From the NCBI GenBank assembly GCA_002416505.1, contig DIAM01000004.1, positions 253,649-317,648 of the forward strand: a DNA stretch of 64,000 bases, given 5' to 3'. The translations under genes and the position numbers were made by a program. This DNA is from Gammaproteobacteria bacterium UBA5078. GTDB taxonomy: Bacteria > Pseudomonadota > Gammaproteobacteria > Pseudomonadales > Pseudohongiellaceae. Under the pieces are notes generated by a model, which was given only the letters and a program-made list of their open reading frames with translations, ran no database searches and was not told where the DNA came from. Positions 22,556-32,209 of this stretch are shown piece after piece (within the stretch, counting starts at the first letter, position 1; each line of letters begins with the position of its first letter).

Positions 22556-22569
22556 TAGAATACCGCGCC

Positions 22570-24762
22570 ATGGACGTCTCTTATCTTCTCGATTCTCTCA
22601 ATGAGCCACAACGGCAAGCGGTTGCGGCACCTGCCAACAATGTTCTCGTGCTCGCCGGTGCCGGCAGCGGCAAGACGCGTGTGCTGGTGCATCGTATCGC
22701 CTGGCTTATGCAGTGTGAAGGCGCATCGCCATTTAGCATCCTCGCCGTGACCTTTACCAACAAGGCCGCCCGTGAGATGCGTCATCGCATCGAAGACCTA
22801 CTGGGTCAGGCCATCGGCGGCATGTGGGTTGGCACCTTTCACGGCCTCGCACACCGCCTGCTGCGCACCCATTGGCGCGAGGCGAACCTGCCAGAGAACT
22901 TCCACATCCTCGACAGCGACGACCAACTGCGCCTAATCAAACGCCTGTGCAAGAACATGGGCCTCGATGATGAACGCTGGCCGCCCAGACAGTGCCAGTG
23001 GTATATCAACTCCCAGAAGGACGAGGGTCTGCGTGCCGCCAATATCGAGCATTTCGGAGACGAATATACTCGCAATATGGTCAGCCTCTACACCGCCTAT
23101 GAAGATGCCTGCAACAGAGGCGGTATGGTCGACTTCGGTGAGATATTGCTGCGTGCACACGAGCTTTGGCTCAACAATCCGCAGATTCTCGACCACTACC
23201 AACGCCGTTTCCAGCACATCTTAGTCGACGAGTTTCAAGACACCAACACCGTGCAATACGCCTGGTTGCAGGTCTTGGCCGGAGCCAATAGCCACCTCAT
23301 GGTAGTGGGCGACGACGATCAGTCTATCTACGGTTGGCGCGGCGCGAAGATCGAGAATATCCAACGCTTCAACCAAGACTTCCCCGGTGCCGACATGGTG
23401 AAGCTGGAGCAAAATTATCGCTCCACCTCGACCATCTTGAAGGCCGCCAATAAGTTAATCGCAAACAATCAGGGCCGGCTTGGCAAAGAGTTATGGACCC
23501 AGGACAGCGAGGGCGAGGCCATCTCCCTCTACGAGGCCTTCAATGAACAGGACGAGGCGCGCTTCATCGTCGAACGCCTACAGAGCTGGCTCAACACCGG
23601 CAACCGCCTGAGCGATTCGGCGATCCTGTATCGCTCTAATGCCCAATCCCGCGAGATGGAAGACGCCCTTTTGCGTGTCGGGCTGCCCTACCGCATCTAT
23701 GGTGGGCACCGTTTCTACGAGCGCCTCGAGATCAAGAATGCACTGGCCTATCTGCGCCTGATGCTCAACCGCAACGACGACACCGCGGTAGAGCGCATTG
23801 TGAATGTGCCAACCCGCGGGATAGGGGATCAGACCCTCGAGATCTTGCGTGGCGTTGCCCGCGCCGAGGAGATCTCCCTATGGGCCGCCGCACAGAAATG
23901 CCTGTCTCACGGCCTCATGGCCGCGAGGGCCGCCACAGCGGTGTCGCGCTTCGTCGAGCTCATAGACGCCTTGGACGAGGGCTGCGAGGCCCTGGCTCTG
24001 GCCAAGAAAGTGGAACACATCATTACCCATAGCGGCCTCGTGCCCCATCACGAGAAAGAGGGCGGCGAGAAGGCGGCGGCGCGCATCGAGAACCTTCAGG
24101 AGCTCGTCAATGCTGCTGGCAGTTTCGATGAGCTAGACCCAGACGCAGAGGCCATGGATGTGGAGTCGCGTGAATTCCTCGCTGCCTTCTTAGATCAGGC
24201 ATCCCTGGATGCGGGTGAAGGGCAGGCCAGCGAATCCGATGACGCCGTGCAATTGATGACACTGCATTCCGCTAAGGGCTTGGAGTTCAAACAGGTGTTC
24301 CTCGCCGGTATGGAGGAAGGGCTCTTCCCGCACAAGATGTCAATGGACGGACTGGCTGGTCTGGAGGAGGAGCGCAGGCTTTGCTATGTCGGCATTACCC
24401 GTGCCATGTCTAAACTGTATCTTACCCACGCCGAATCACGTCGCCTGCACGGCGAGGTCAATATTACGCGGCCATCCAGATTCATTCGCGAGATCCCCGC
24501 CGAGCTCATAGAGCACGTCCGCATCAAGTCGAGCATTTCACGCCCTAGCGCCTATTATGGGCGCCCCTCGGCGAACCTCGTGCAGGAAGACATTCCCGAT
24601 ACCAATATCGCCCTCGGTTCACGAGTGCGTCACGGCAAGTTTGGCGAAGGAGTCGTTCTCAATTGTGAGGGACATGGCGCTAATGCAAGGGTGCAGGTCA
24701 ACTTCTACGACTGTGGCAGTAAGTGGCTAGTACTCTCCTATGCTAAGCTCGAAGTGTTATAA
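22570..24762 (+). CDS. uvrD: DNA helicase II UvrD
   Basis: The N-terminus MDVSYLLDSLNEPQRQAVAAP...LAGAGSGKTRV is nearly identical to E. coli UvrD. VDEFQDTN, YRSN and TLHSAKGLEF are present. Confidence 0.92.
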   Translation: MDVSYLLDSLNEPQRQAVAAPANNVLVLAGAGSGKTRVLVHRIAWLMQCEGASPFSILAVTFTNKAAREMRHRIEDLLGQAIGGMWVGTFHGLAHRLLRTHWREANLPENFHILDSDDQLRLIKRLCKNMGLDDERWPPRQCQWYINSQKDEGLRAANIEHFGDEYTRNMVSLYTAYEDACNRGGMVDFGEILLRAHELWLNNPQILDHYQRRFQHILVDEFQDTNTVQYAWLQVLAGANSHLMVVGDDDQSIYGWRGAKIENIQRFNQDFPGADMVKLEQNYRSTSTILKAANKLIANNQGRLGKELWTQDSEGEAISLYEAFNEQDEARFIVERLQSWLNTGNRLSDSAILYRSNAQSREMEDALLRVGLPYRIYGGHRFYERLEIKNALAYLRLMLNRNDDTAVERIVNVPTRGIGDQTLEILRGVARAEEISLWAAAQKCLSHGLMAARAATAVSRFVELIDALDEGCEALALAKKVEHIITHSGLVPHHEKEGGEKAAARIENLQELVNAAGSFDELDPDAEAMDVESREFLAAFLDQASLDAGEGQASESDDAVQLMTLHSAKGLEFKQVFLAGMEEGLFPHKMSMDGLAGLEEERRLCYVGITRAMSKLYLTHAESRRLHGEVNITRPSRFIREIPAELIEHVRIKSSISRPSAYYGRPSANLVQEDIPDTNIALGSRVRHGKFGEGVVLNCEGHGANARVQVNFYDCGSKWLVLSYAKLEVL

Positions 24763-24819
24763 GCAAGCAGCCCCACGAAATCACAACCCTAATTGCGGCG
24801 TGTATGGGAGGAAGCGATT

Positions 24820-25236
24820 GTGTTAAAAATATCTCTAAATGTTTCCATCCCCGATGAAGAGATAGAGCTAAGCGCGATCAGAGCTCAAGGTGCGGGTGGG
24901 CAGAATGTCAACAAAGTGTCCTCGGCCATCCACTTACGCTTCGATATCAACGCGTCGTCCCTGCCGTACTTCTATAAACATAGCCTCTTAAATCTGAAAG
25001 ACTCCCGCATCACGAAAGAGGGCGTAATCGTTATTAAGGCGCAGCAGTTTAGGCATCAAGAACAGAACCGCGATGATGCACTAAAACGCTTGCAGGAGAT
25101 GATTAGCGCCGCTGCGGTGGTGCCCAAAGCGCGCCGGCCTACGAAACCGAGTATCTCTGCGAAAAGAAAAAGAGTAGAGAAAAAAGTACAGCGTGGCCGC
25201 ACCAAGGCGCTACGCAGTTCGGTTCGAGACGAGTAA
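24820..25236 (+). CDS. arfB: Alternative ribosome-rescue factor ArfB (YaeJ, peptidyl-tRNA hydrolase)
   Basis: IRAQGAGGQNVNKVSSAIHLRFDI (GGQ motif) and a basic C-terminal tail. GTG 24820 lies 5 nt after a GGGAGGAAG SD. Confidence 0.85.
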   Translation: MLKISLNVSIPDEEIELSAIRAQGAGGQNVNKVSSAIHLRFDINASSLPYFYKHSLLNLKDSRITKEGVIVIKAQQFRHQEQNRDDALKRLQEMISAAAVVPKARRPTKPSISAKRKRVEKKVQRGRTKALRSSVRDE

Positions 25237-25252
25237 GGTCAATAGTGCAGAT

Positions 25253-25287
25253 AAAAAAAGGGACCGACGAGTCAGGACGCCGGCCCC
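25253..25287 (-). terminator. Rho-independent terminator of the Mrp-like operon
   Basis: On the minus-strand RNA: GGGGCCGGCG-ucctgact-CGUCGGUCCC, a 10-bp stem with two G-U pairs, followed by U7. It lies 23 nt after the stop at 25310. On the plus strand the same stem has A-C mismatches and no U-tract. Confidence 0.6.
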
Positions 25288-25309
25288 CAAAAGGCACATA
25301 CCACTAAAG

Positions 25310-27001
25310 CTAAACGAAGCTAAGCACTAAATACAATGCAAGTAATACCGTAACAGTTTTAACCATCGCACCGACTGGATGAGTACTGGCAAAAATTCCC
25401 TCCGCACTAAATTGACGTGCCACTAGCGGCGACAGAGTACTGAGCTTAGCAGCAAGGGTCTTATTCAACTCTGTGATCACATTTAGTCGAGCAAAGAGCC
25501 TCTGCAGCGCGGTTGGTACGAGGCGGCGATAAACCCAATCGACGTCCAAGTTAGTTGAGCGCAACTCTGGCGGATACAACCCGCGTCGATTCAACCACAC
25601 GAATGCGAGAGCAGAGAAGAATAGCAATTGCGTCTGCGCTAGCACATGGGTAGCGTCGTAAGGGCTATAGCCAGTGTCATAGGGTAGCAATGCATAAAGA
25701 ATTGATGGGTTTACACCGATCGTGACACAAAGTACTGCCGCTATGAACATTGCGAGTTGCATATTCAAAGGGGGATCGCTGACGCGTATTCCCGAATCGT
25801 GAGCAAAGAAGGCGAAATAGGGAATCTTAATTCCTGCATGATGGAATACCCCAGCAGAGGCGAACAGCAGCATTAACCAGATCCAGCCATAGCCTTCCTC
25901 GATTGCCGCACTCATCACCATAGACTTACTGACAAAACCGCTGAAGAGCGGGAAGGCGGAGATAGAGGCAGCCCCGACGATACACAAAATGGTCGTACGC
26001 GGCATGGTCTTATAAAGACCGCCTAGATCGGATCCGTTGATCCGCCCTGTCATATGCAGCACTGCGCCCATGGACATGAATAACAAGCCCTTGAAGATGA
26101 TGTCGTTGAACGCGTGTGACACGGCGCCATTGATAGACAGGGCAGTACCTATCCCGATCCCTACCACCATGAAACCAACCTGATTGATTAAGCTATAGGC
26201 CAACACCCTACGCAAATCATTTTCGATCACCGCGAAAAAGATTGGGAAACAGGCCATCGCCGCCCCCACGTAGATCAATAACTCGGTCCCCGGATAGCTC
26301 CTGGCAAGCGCATAAACTGCTACCTTTGTTGTAAAGGCACTTAAGAATACGGTTCCAGTAGGAGTTGCCTCAGGGTAGGCATCCGTTAACCAATTGTGTA
26401 GAAATGGGAACGCGCACTTCACTCCAAAAGCAAACAGAATCAACCATCCCGCTAGACTCCCTATGCCAATCTCAGCGAAAGCCAGTGAGCCCGTCTCGGA
26501 GGCATGAAAGAGTATGCCGACGAGTAGCACCACACCCGACAGGACTTGGACGATCAAATAGCGAATGCCTGCAAAGAAGGAACGCGTCGATCTACGCGCC
26601 CAGATTAGGAATACTGAGCTTAGGGCGAGCAGTTCCCAGAACACAAAAAGCGTTAAGAGGTCGCCTGCGAACACAGCCCCTAGAGCACTGCCCGCATAGA
26701 GGATGCCCGCGAGCTGTTGCACCGTATCCTTAATATGCAAGGCATAGAGGATTGCGATGAATGCAGCAATATGGAATGCAAAGCCAAATATTAGACTCAG
26801 TTTGTCAACTCGATATGGCGTAAGTTCATAGTCAAGGAAACTCATCTGCAGGTGAATCCCTTCTGGCACAGCCAGTAGGTGCAAACCGCCCAGAACCGGC
26901 GCGGCTAACATAATCACGTTGCGCAGTTGTCCCCGCGTCACCAGCGCCAGTGCTGCCGCGACAAAGAATGGCACAAAAGGAGGCAACTCAATCGCCCACA
27001 T
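25310..27001 (-). CDS. Mrp-like antiporter, third MrpD/NuoN-type proton-pumping subunit (long form, C-terminal extension)
   Basis: Multi-TM with the NuoL/M/N signature regions (LTLFVFWELLALSSVFLI, AFPFHNWLTDAYPEATPTGTVFLSA). ATG 27001 lies 7 nt after an AAGGAG SD. Confidence 0.75.
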   Translation of the reverse strand: MWAIELPPFVPFFVAAALALVTRGQLRNVIMLAAPVLGGLHLLAVPEGIHLQMSFLDYELTPYRVDKLSLIFGFAFHIAAFIAILYALHIKDTVQQLAGILYAGSALGAVFAGDLLTLFVFWELLALSSVFLIWARRSTRSFFAGIRYLIVQVLSGVVLLVGILFHASETGSLAFAEIGIGSLAGWLILFAFGVKCAFPFLHNWLTDAYPEATPTGTVFLSAFTTKVAVYALARSYPGTELLIYVGAAMACFPIFFAVIENDLRRVLAYSLINQVGFMVVGIGIGTALSINGAVSHAFNDIIFKGLLFMSMGAVLHMTGRINGSDLGGLYKTMPRTTILCIVGAASISAFPLFSGFVSKSMVMSAAIEEGYGWIWLMLLFASAGVFHHAGIKIPYFAFFAHDSGIRVSDPPLNMQLAMFIAAVLCVTIGVNPSILYALLPYDTGYSPYDATHVLAQTQLLFFSALAFVWLNRRGLYPPELRSTNLDVDWVYRRLVPTALQRLFARLNVITELNKTLAAKLSTLSPLVARQFSAEGIFASTHPVGAMVKTVTVLLALYLVLSFV

Positions 27002-27299
27002 GATCACTCTCCTTTTCCATCTGCATCAGTGCCAATTTTTTTTCTTCCTCCACGTCGTAATAGTCCTCGTCGCGCATCAGGAACAGGCGCATCCATTTAG
27101 CGATAATTACCAACACTACGCAGCCTATGAATCCATAAATAGGATAGAAACCCCAGATACTCTCCAATGGATGATAGGTGTAACGGTCAATCACAAAATC
27201 TAGCACTACTAGCAGTGCGCAACAGCCATAGAATATTCTCAGCATCAAGCTGACATTCTCTGCCTTGTCGAAGAAATCGGGCTTGTCTATCTTCTTCAT
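26988..27299 (-). CDS. Small two-TM membrane protein embedded in the Mrp-like operon (acidic C-terminus)
   Basis: GGAGAG SD before ATG 27299. Two hydrophobic helices, and a 14-nt overlap with the downstream D-type gene. No family recognised. Confidence 0.5.
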   Translation of the reverse strand: MKKIDKPDFFDKAENVSLMLRIFYGCCALLVVLDFVIDRYTYHPLESIWGFYPIYGFIGCVVLVIIAKWMRLFLMRDEDYYDVEEEKKLALMQMEKESDHVGD

Positions 27300-27312
27300 A
27301 TTCTCTCTCCGA

Positions 27313-28788
27313 TCAGTTCACTATCGCTGCAGCTAGCTCAAAGAGTGGCTGTGGATATAGGAACAACACAATGCTCATCAATGCAGTGAATGTCAGAGCC
27401 AGTAGCGATGGCCATGGCGCTTCGTGCAATGGGGGTTTGACCTCCCCCTGTTTCGCAACCGGTAAGAACGCTAGGACAGGAATAGGCATCAGATACGCAA
27501 TGTTCAGGAGTGAGCTAATCATTAGCACTCCCATAATGGCGATGTGATCTGCCTCGAGCGCCCCCGTGAGCAAGTACCACTTGCTCCATGTTCCCCCCCC
27601 CGGAGGTAATCCGATAATGCTTATCGTGCCTATCAAAAATGCCAGCATCGTTATTGGCATCTGCCATCCGATTCCACGTAGCTCACTGACGCGAGTCTTG
27701 TGAAGGGCGACAAGAATCGCGCCCGCACAGAAGAATAAGGTTATCTTGCCAAAGGCATGCATGGCGATGTGCATGGCGCCACCGATGACACCTGCCTCAG
27801 TCGCTAGTAGCACGCCCGCCGTTATATAACTCAACTGACTTACAGTGGAGTAGGCCAAACGCTTCTTGAGATTGTCTTGTCGCATCGCGATCAAGGAGGC
27901 GATTAACACCGAGGCGCCAGCCAGATACAAGAGAATATCGGTAGTCGCTAGCGTGCTCATGAAATCCAAACCAAAAATGTAGACACCGATTTTGAGCAAT
28001 GTGAAAACACCTGCCTTTACGACGGCGACGGCATGGAGAAGAGCGCTTACCGGGGTCGGCGCAACCATCGCGGCTGGCAACCAGCGATGAAACGGCATGA
28101 TCGCGGCTTTACCCACGCCAAATACAAACAGGAGCAATAGAAGCGATGGAATTGCGGTGGGTGTCCCTTCGGGGAAGATGCCACCGGCTTTAAAATCTAG
28201 GCTACCCGCAATGACCGCCGTGCCGATGATGGCGAACAGGAAAAACACGATCGAAGTGCCTAACAGTATTCCCAAGTAGGTGCGCCCGCCACGCTTAGCC
28301 TCTGCCGTTCCCGCGTGTGTAACCAGTGGATAGGTTGATAAGGTCAACACCTCATAGAACACGAATAGAGTAAATAGATTCGCGGAATAGGCGATGCCAA
28401 GGACACTCCCGATGGCTATCGCAAAGCAGGCGTAGAACCGTGTTTGATTCTCTTCGTGGTGTGAACGCATATAGCCAATTGCGTAGACGATGGTGACTAA
28501 CCAAAGCCCCGCGGCCACCAGCGCAAACAACATGCCTAAAGCTTCTAGCTTAAAGGCAATCGCGAAGCCTGGCAGAATCTCGAATAGGCTAAGCTCGACA
28601 GCGACGCCGGCCTTGAATTGACGATAGAGGTTAAACACCAGGACTATCACAATAATGCTGGTGCCAATGGATACCGCTTCGCGAAGATTGGGGCGACGGT
28701 CTAGGACGATAATTCCGATCACTGCCAGCAAAGGCAGAAGCATACTAATCAGCAACGAATGCGTAGGAGCGAATAGAATATCCATCAC
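27313..28788 (-). CDS. Mrp-like antiporter, second MrpD/NuoM-type subunit
   Basis: LFTLFVFYEVLTLSTYPLV, MPFHRWLPAAMVAPTPVSALLHAVAVVKAGVF. 4-nt ATGA overlap with the upstream gene. Confidence 0.8.
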   Translation of the reverse strand: MMDILFAPTHSLLISMLLPLLAVIGIIVLDRRPNLREAVSIGTSIIVIVLVFNLYRQFKAGVAVELSLFEILPGFAIAFKLEALGMLFALVAAGLWLVTIVYAIGYMRSHHEENQTRFYACFAIAIGSVLGIAYSANLFTLFVFYEVLTLSTYPLVTHAGTAEAKRGGRTYLGILLGTSIVFFLFAIIGTAVIAGSLDFKAGGIFPEGTPTAIPSLLLLLFVFGVGKAAIMPFHRWLPAAMVAPTPVSALLHAVAVVKAGVFTLLKIGVYIFGLDFMSTLATTDILLYLAGASVLIASLIAMRQDNLKKRLAYSTVSQLSYITAGVLLATEAGVIGGAMHIAMHAFGKITLFFCAGAILVALHKTRVSELRGIGWQMPITMLAFLIGTISIIGLPPGGGTWSKWYLLTGALEADHIAIMGVLMISSLLNIAYLMPIPVLAFLPVAKQGEVKPPLHEAPWPSLLALTFTALMSIVLFLYPQPLFELAAAIVN

Positions 28789-30260
28789 AGCCCCCCAAAA
28801 ATGCTGACGGCGGCCATTCGGGTGATACCCACTGTTAGCTCGGTATTAATGCCAAAATAGAGGTTTGCGGCAACTAACACCCAAGTAGGAGCCAGAATCG
28901 AAAGAGGCGCCTCGCGAACCTCGGCGGTGCGCTCGTTCGCCGCCTTGAAGTACACAACCTCGACTACTTTCCATACATAGATCACGGAGACAACGGAGCC
29001 AAGCAGTATGAGGCCAGCCACTGGCCACCAGTCATGTTCGAGTGCGGCAGTAACCAAGTACCACTTACTCACGAAGCCGACCGTCAAAGGTACCCCTATA
29101 AGACTCAAACCCCCTATTAGGAAGGCCGCCATCGTCCACGGCATACGTGACGCCAAACCATGCATCTCGCTTAGCTTAGCTTCACCCAGGCGATATACGA
29201 TAGCCGCTAAGGCAAGGAACAATGCACCTTTCATCAATCCATGATTGAGCATGTGCAACAGTGTCGCCATTAATCCCGTTTCGTTAGCGAGACCGAGCCC
29301 CACGATTAAATAACCGATCTGGGCAACGCTTGAATACGCCAATAATTTCTTGAGATTGTCCTGAAAAATTGCCGCTATAGACGCTACGAAAATCCCTGCC
29401 AACCCTAGTGTTAGGAAAATGCTCTGCAAAGGCAAGCTGCTGAAGGCGAAGTCGAAACCAAATATCCCATACTTGAAGCGTATGAGGATATACACGGCCA
29501 CCTTTGTTGCGGTTGCCGCGAGAAACGCCGTTACTACCGAAGGTGCGTATGCGTAAGCGTTTGGCAACCACACATGTAAAGGGAACAATGCCAACTTTAA
29601 GCAAACTCCCACAATAAAGAATGCGAAGGCCGTAAACACGGTTCTAGAGGAAGACACCTCGGGTAAACGCTCCGACAGATCTGCCATATTTAGCGTTCCC
29701 GTCATCATGTACATCAAGCCAATTCCGATCAGGATAAATGTCGCGCCAATAGTGCCCGCGATTAGGTACTGATAGGAGGCCCACAATGCTTTGCGGTTCT
29801 TACCAAGGGCTATCAATGTGTAAGCCGATAGAGAAGAAATCTCTAGAAAGACAAATACATTGAAGGCATCGCCAGTGGCCAGTATGCCGAGCAAACCTGC
29901 CATACACAGCAGCCACGCGATATAGAATAATGCGTGTCTATCTTTCGGGATCTCGGCCTCTATGCTTTTTCTCGCCGCAAAGAGCGCCACAGCACTGATA
30001 CCAGAGACCAACAGCAACAAAGGGGCATTGAGTAGGTCAATTCTATATTCGATTCCCCAAGGAGCCTCCCATCCACCGAACTCATAACTAATCGGTCCGC
30101 TCTCAAGTACTTGCAATAGCAAGCCAATTGACACGGCGAAGCTCATTAGGGTTGCGGCTAGTGCCACAAACCAAACTAGATCACGGCGACGCAGAATCAG
30201 GCAGGCCGGTGCCGCCATCATCGGAATGATGACATGAAGGACAGGAAGGTGTGCTAGCAT
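28785..30260 (-). CDS. mrpD: Mrp-like antiporter, first MrpD/NuoN-type subunit
   Basis: FNVFVFLEISSLSAYTLI, LFPLHVWLPNAYAYAPSVVTAFLAATATKVAVY. Confidence 0.8.
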   Translation of the reverse strand: MLAHLPVLHVIIPMMAAPACLILRRRDLVWFVALAATLMSFAVSIGLLLQVLESGPISYEFGGWEAPWGIEYRIDLLNAPLLLLVSGISAVALFAARKSIEAEIPKDRHALFYIAWLLCMAGLLGILATGDAFNVFVFLEISSLSAYTLIALGKNRKALWASYQYLIAGTIGATFILIGIGLMYMMTGTLNMADLSERLPEVSSSRTVFTAFAFFIVGVCLKLALFPLHVWLPNAYAYAPSVVTAFLAATATKVAVYILIRFKYGIFGFDFAFSSLPLQSIFLTLGLAGIFVASIAAIFQDNLKKLLAYSSVAQIGYLIVGLGLANETGLMATLLHMLNHGLMKGALFLALAAIVYRLGEAKLSEMHGLASRMPWTMAAFLIGGLSLIGVPLTVGFVSKWYLVTAALEHDWWPVAGLILLGSVVSVIYVWKVVEVVYFKAANERTAEVREAPLSILAPTWVLVAANLYFGINTELTVGITRMAAVSIFGGL

Positions 30261-30607
30261 TCTTGGTCCTTCCTATTAATTTCATCTTCCTCGATTGAAT
30301 CATAGCTCTCCTTGATGCGGACAACTAAAGCGAGCCCTAGTGCCGTCGTAGCAATGCCTACGACGATCGCGGTTAGAATCAAAACGTGTGGCAAAGGATT
30401 TGAGTAAAGAGCCTCCCCTTCGACCAATATGGGTGCTGTGGCGCCCTCTATTTTTCCCATAGTGATATACATTATAAAAACTGAGGTCTGAAACAAGGTT
30501 AAGCCAACAAGTTTCTTTACGAGATTGCCCTGCGCGATGACGATATAGAAACCAATCATCATCAAGACCATCACGATCCAATAATTAAACAAGCCTACAA
30601 AATTCAT
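30254..30607 (-). CDS. mrpC: Mrp antiporter subunit C (NuoK-like)
   Basis: NLVKKLVGLTLFQTSVFIMY...PLPHVLILTAIVVGIATTALGLALV. TAATG overlap with mrpB. Confidence 0.8.
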   Translation of the reverse strand: MNFVGLFNYWIVMVLMMIGFYIVIAQGNLVKKLVGLTLFQTSVFIMYITMGKIEGATAPILVEGEALYSNPLPHVLILTAIVVGIATTALGLALVVRIKESYDSIEEDEINRKDQEC

Positions 30608-31599
30608 TAGTCCCGCTCCCCTTCAACCTGGCTTCGCCCGGAAAACGTGAAAAAGATAATGATCATCACGGTCGCGACAGTTAGACCCACGCCAAGCTCA
30701 ATAAACAATATTCCTAGGTGCTGGGCATGAACGGGATCTTCTGAAAACACGCTGTAGTCGAGAAAATTCTTACCGCTAAGCATCGCGACGACACCGGTGG
30801 TGCCGTAGATCAATACACCCAGTGCCGCCAGTACCTGCACCAAACTACTGTCAATTACTTTTCTAGCTGCGTTCATTCCATAAAGCATTGCATATAGGAA
30901 GAAAGCCGATGCGAAGATGACACCGGCCTGAAAGCCACCCCCTGGACCATATTCGCCATGAAACTGTACGTATAATCCGAACAGGAGAATCAGGGGAATC
31001 AACATTTTTGCAACGATGCGAAGTACCATATGCTCTTCCATGGAGGCCGTATTTTTAACGCTGCTAATAGGCGGAAGATCTGTGCGCATCAATAGCGCCA
31101 ACACGCCCACGCCGGCAGTGAAGATAACAATGACTTCACCGAAGGTATCGAATGCGCGATAGCTTGCGAGCACCGAAGTCACGACATTCGGAATACCTAT
31201 CTCCTGCGCAGAGTCATTAAGATAACGGGGCGCAACATGCTCTTGCACTGGCGAATCGGCCGCGCCGAAAGACGGCATGTCCAAAGTCCCGTAAATCAAT
31301 AGAGCACCGGTTAACAACACCAATGGCAATGCAAATCGCGTTCTACTTTTCTTATCTGCTTTCTCAAAGCGGCCAGTAATCGCTAGAGTCGTAAGCATTA
31401 AAAGCGTGGAAATGCCTGCTCCCACAGAAGCCTCTGTAAATGCAACATCAACTGCGTCCATCATGACAAAGAAGCTCGCGGAGATAAGCCCATAGATTCC
31501 GGCGAGCATTGCGACAGCAAAGAGATCCTTAATCCTTACGATCGCAATAGCAGTCATGGCCAGCATGCTCAGTAGCCCCATGTTTATGATCAACTCCAT
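30607..31599 (-). CDS. mrpB: Mrp antiporter subunit B fused to a DUF4040 (MrpA C-terminal-like) domain
   Basis: I used the internal ATG 31599 (MELIINMGLLSM...), which has a GGGAG SD. The upstream 104 codons of ORF 30607..31911 overlap mrpG in another frame. The DUF4040-like N-half (AMLAGIYGLISASFFVMMDAVDVAFTEASVGAGIST) is followed by an MnhB-like C-half. Confidence 0.75.
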   Translation of the reverse strand: MELIINMGLLSMLAMTAIAIVRIKDLFAVAMLAGIYGLISASFFVMMDAVDVAFTEASVGAGISTLLMLTTLAITGRFEKADKKSRTRFALPLVLLTGALLIYGTLDMPSFGAADSPVQEHVAPRYLNDSAQEIGIPNVVTSVLASYRAFDTFGEVIVIFTAGVGVLALLMRTDLPPISSVKNTASMEEHMVLRIVAKMLIPLILLFGLYVQFHGEYGPGGGFQAGVIFASAFFLYAMLYGMNAARKVIDSSLVQVLAALGVLIYGTTGVVAMLSGKNFLDYSVFSEDPVHAQHLGILFIELGVGLTVATVMIIIFFTFSGRSQVEGERD

Positions 31600-31601
31600 G
31601 A

Positions 31602-31940
31602 TTATCTCCCTGCCTCCACTGACGCTTGTTTCTGCTTTGGTAGCACCGGTTCTAAACCTGCATGTAAGGCTGCCATAACCAACGCATGCCCAGCAGTTGG
31701 ACTGGTAAGTAATACAAAGAGCAAAACCATCACCAACTTTACCTGTACTAACCACGACTCGGCCTGAATAAATAGACCTATCAAGATCATGGCGGTAGCA
31801 AGAGTGTCGGTCACGCTTGCCGCATGCATCCGAGTGAAGAAGTCTGGAAAACGCAACAAACCTACTGCACCTGAGATACAGAGAAAGCCGCCAAAGACGA
31901 GCAAAAACCAACTAACGATATTCAAGATCCCTTCCATCAC
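31602..31940 (-). CDS. mrpG: Mrp antiporter subunit G
   Basis: GAVGLLRFPDFFTRMHAASVTDTLA is the MnhG signature. Confidence 0.75.
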   Translation of the reverse strand: MMEGILNIVSWFLLVFGGFLCISGAVGLLRFPDFFTRMHAASVTDTLATAMILIGLFIQAESWLVQVKLVMVLLFVLLTSPTAGHALVMAALHAGLEPVLPKQKQASVEAGR

Positions 31941-32209
31941 TCCTCCCGCACCTCGACATTCTTTGCCGTATATTCAAAGAACCTCAGAATCCCGATTACC
32001 GAAATAAAGTTCATTAATGCGTATACCATTACGATGTCGAGGAAGTCGGGCCTCCCCATCATGAAGCCCACAACCGCGATCAAGAGAACCGTTTTAGTTC
32101 CAAAAACATTGACTGCGAGAATGCGGTCGTAAAGTGTTGGCCCTGCGAAGGCTCTAAAGAGGGCCAACAGCATAGCGACCAACACTGCAAAAGCAGCTGC
32201 TGTATACAT
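31937..32209 (-). CDS. mrpF: Mrp antiporter subunit F
   Basis: FAGPTLYDRILAVNVFGTKTVLLI...DIVMVYALMNFISVIGILRFFE. ATGA overlap with mrpG. Confidence 0.7.
   Translation of the reverse strand: MYTAAAFAVLVAMLLALFRAFAGPTLYDRILAVNVFGTKTVLLIAVVGFMMGRPDFLDIVMVYALMNFISVIGILRFFEYTAKNVEVREE

Noticed and set aside
31600-31911. N-terminal 104-codon extension of ORF 30607..31911, overlapping mrpG.
   Set aside because: The extension is Cys/Arg-rich nonsense in a different frame from mrpG. An internal ATG at 31599 with a GGGAG SD starts exactly where the DUF4040/MrpB homology begins.
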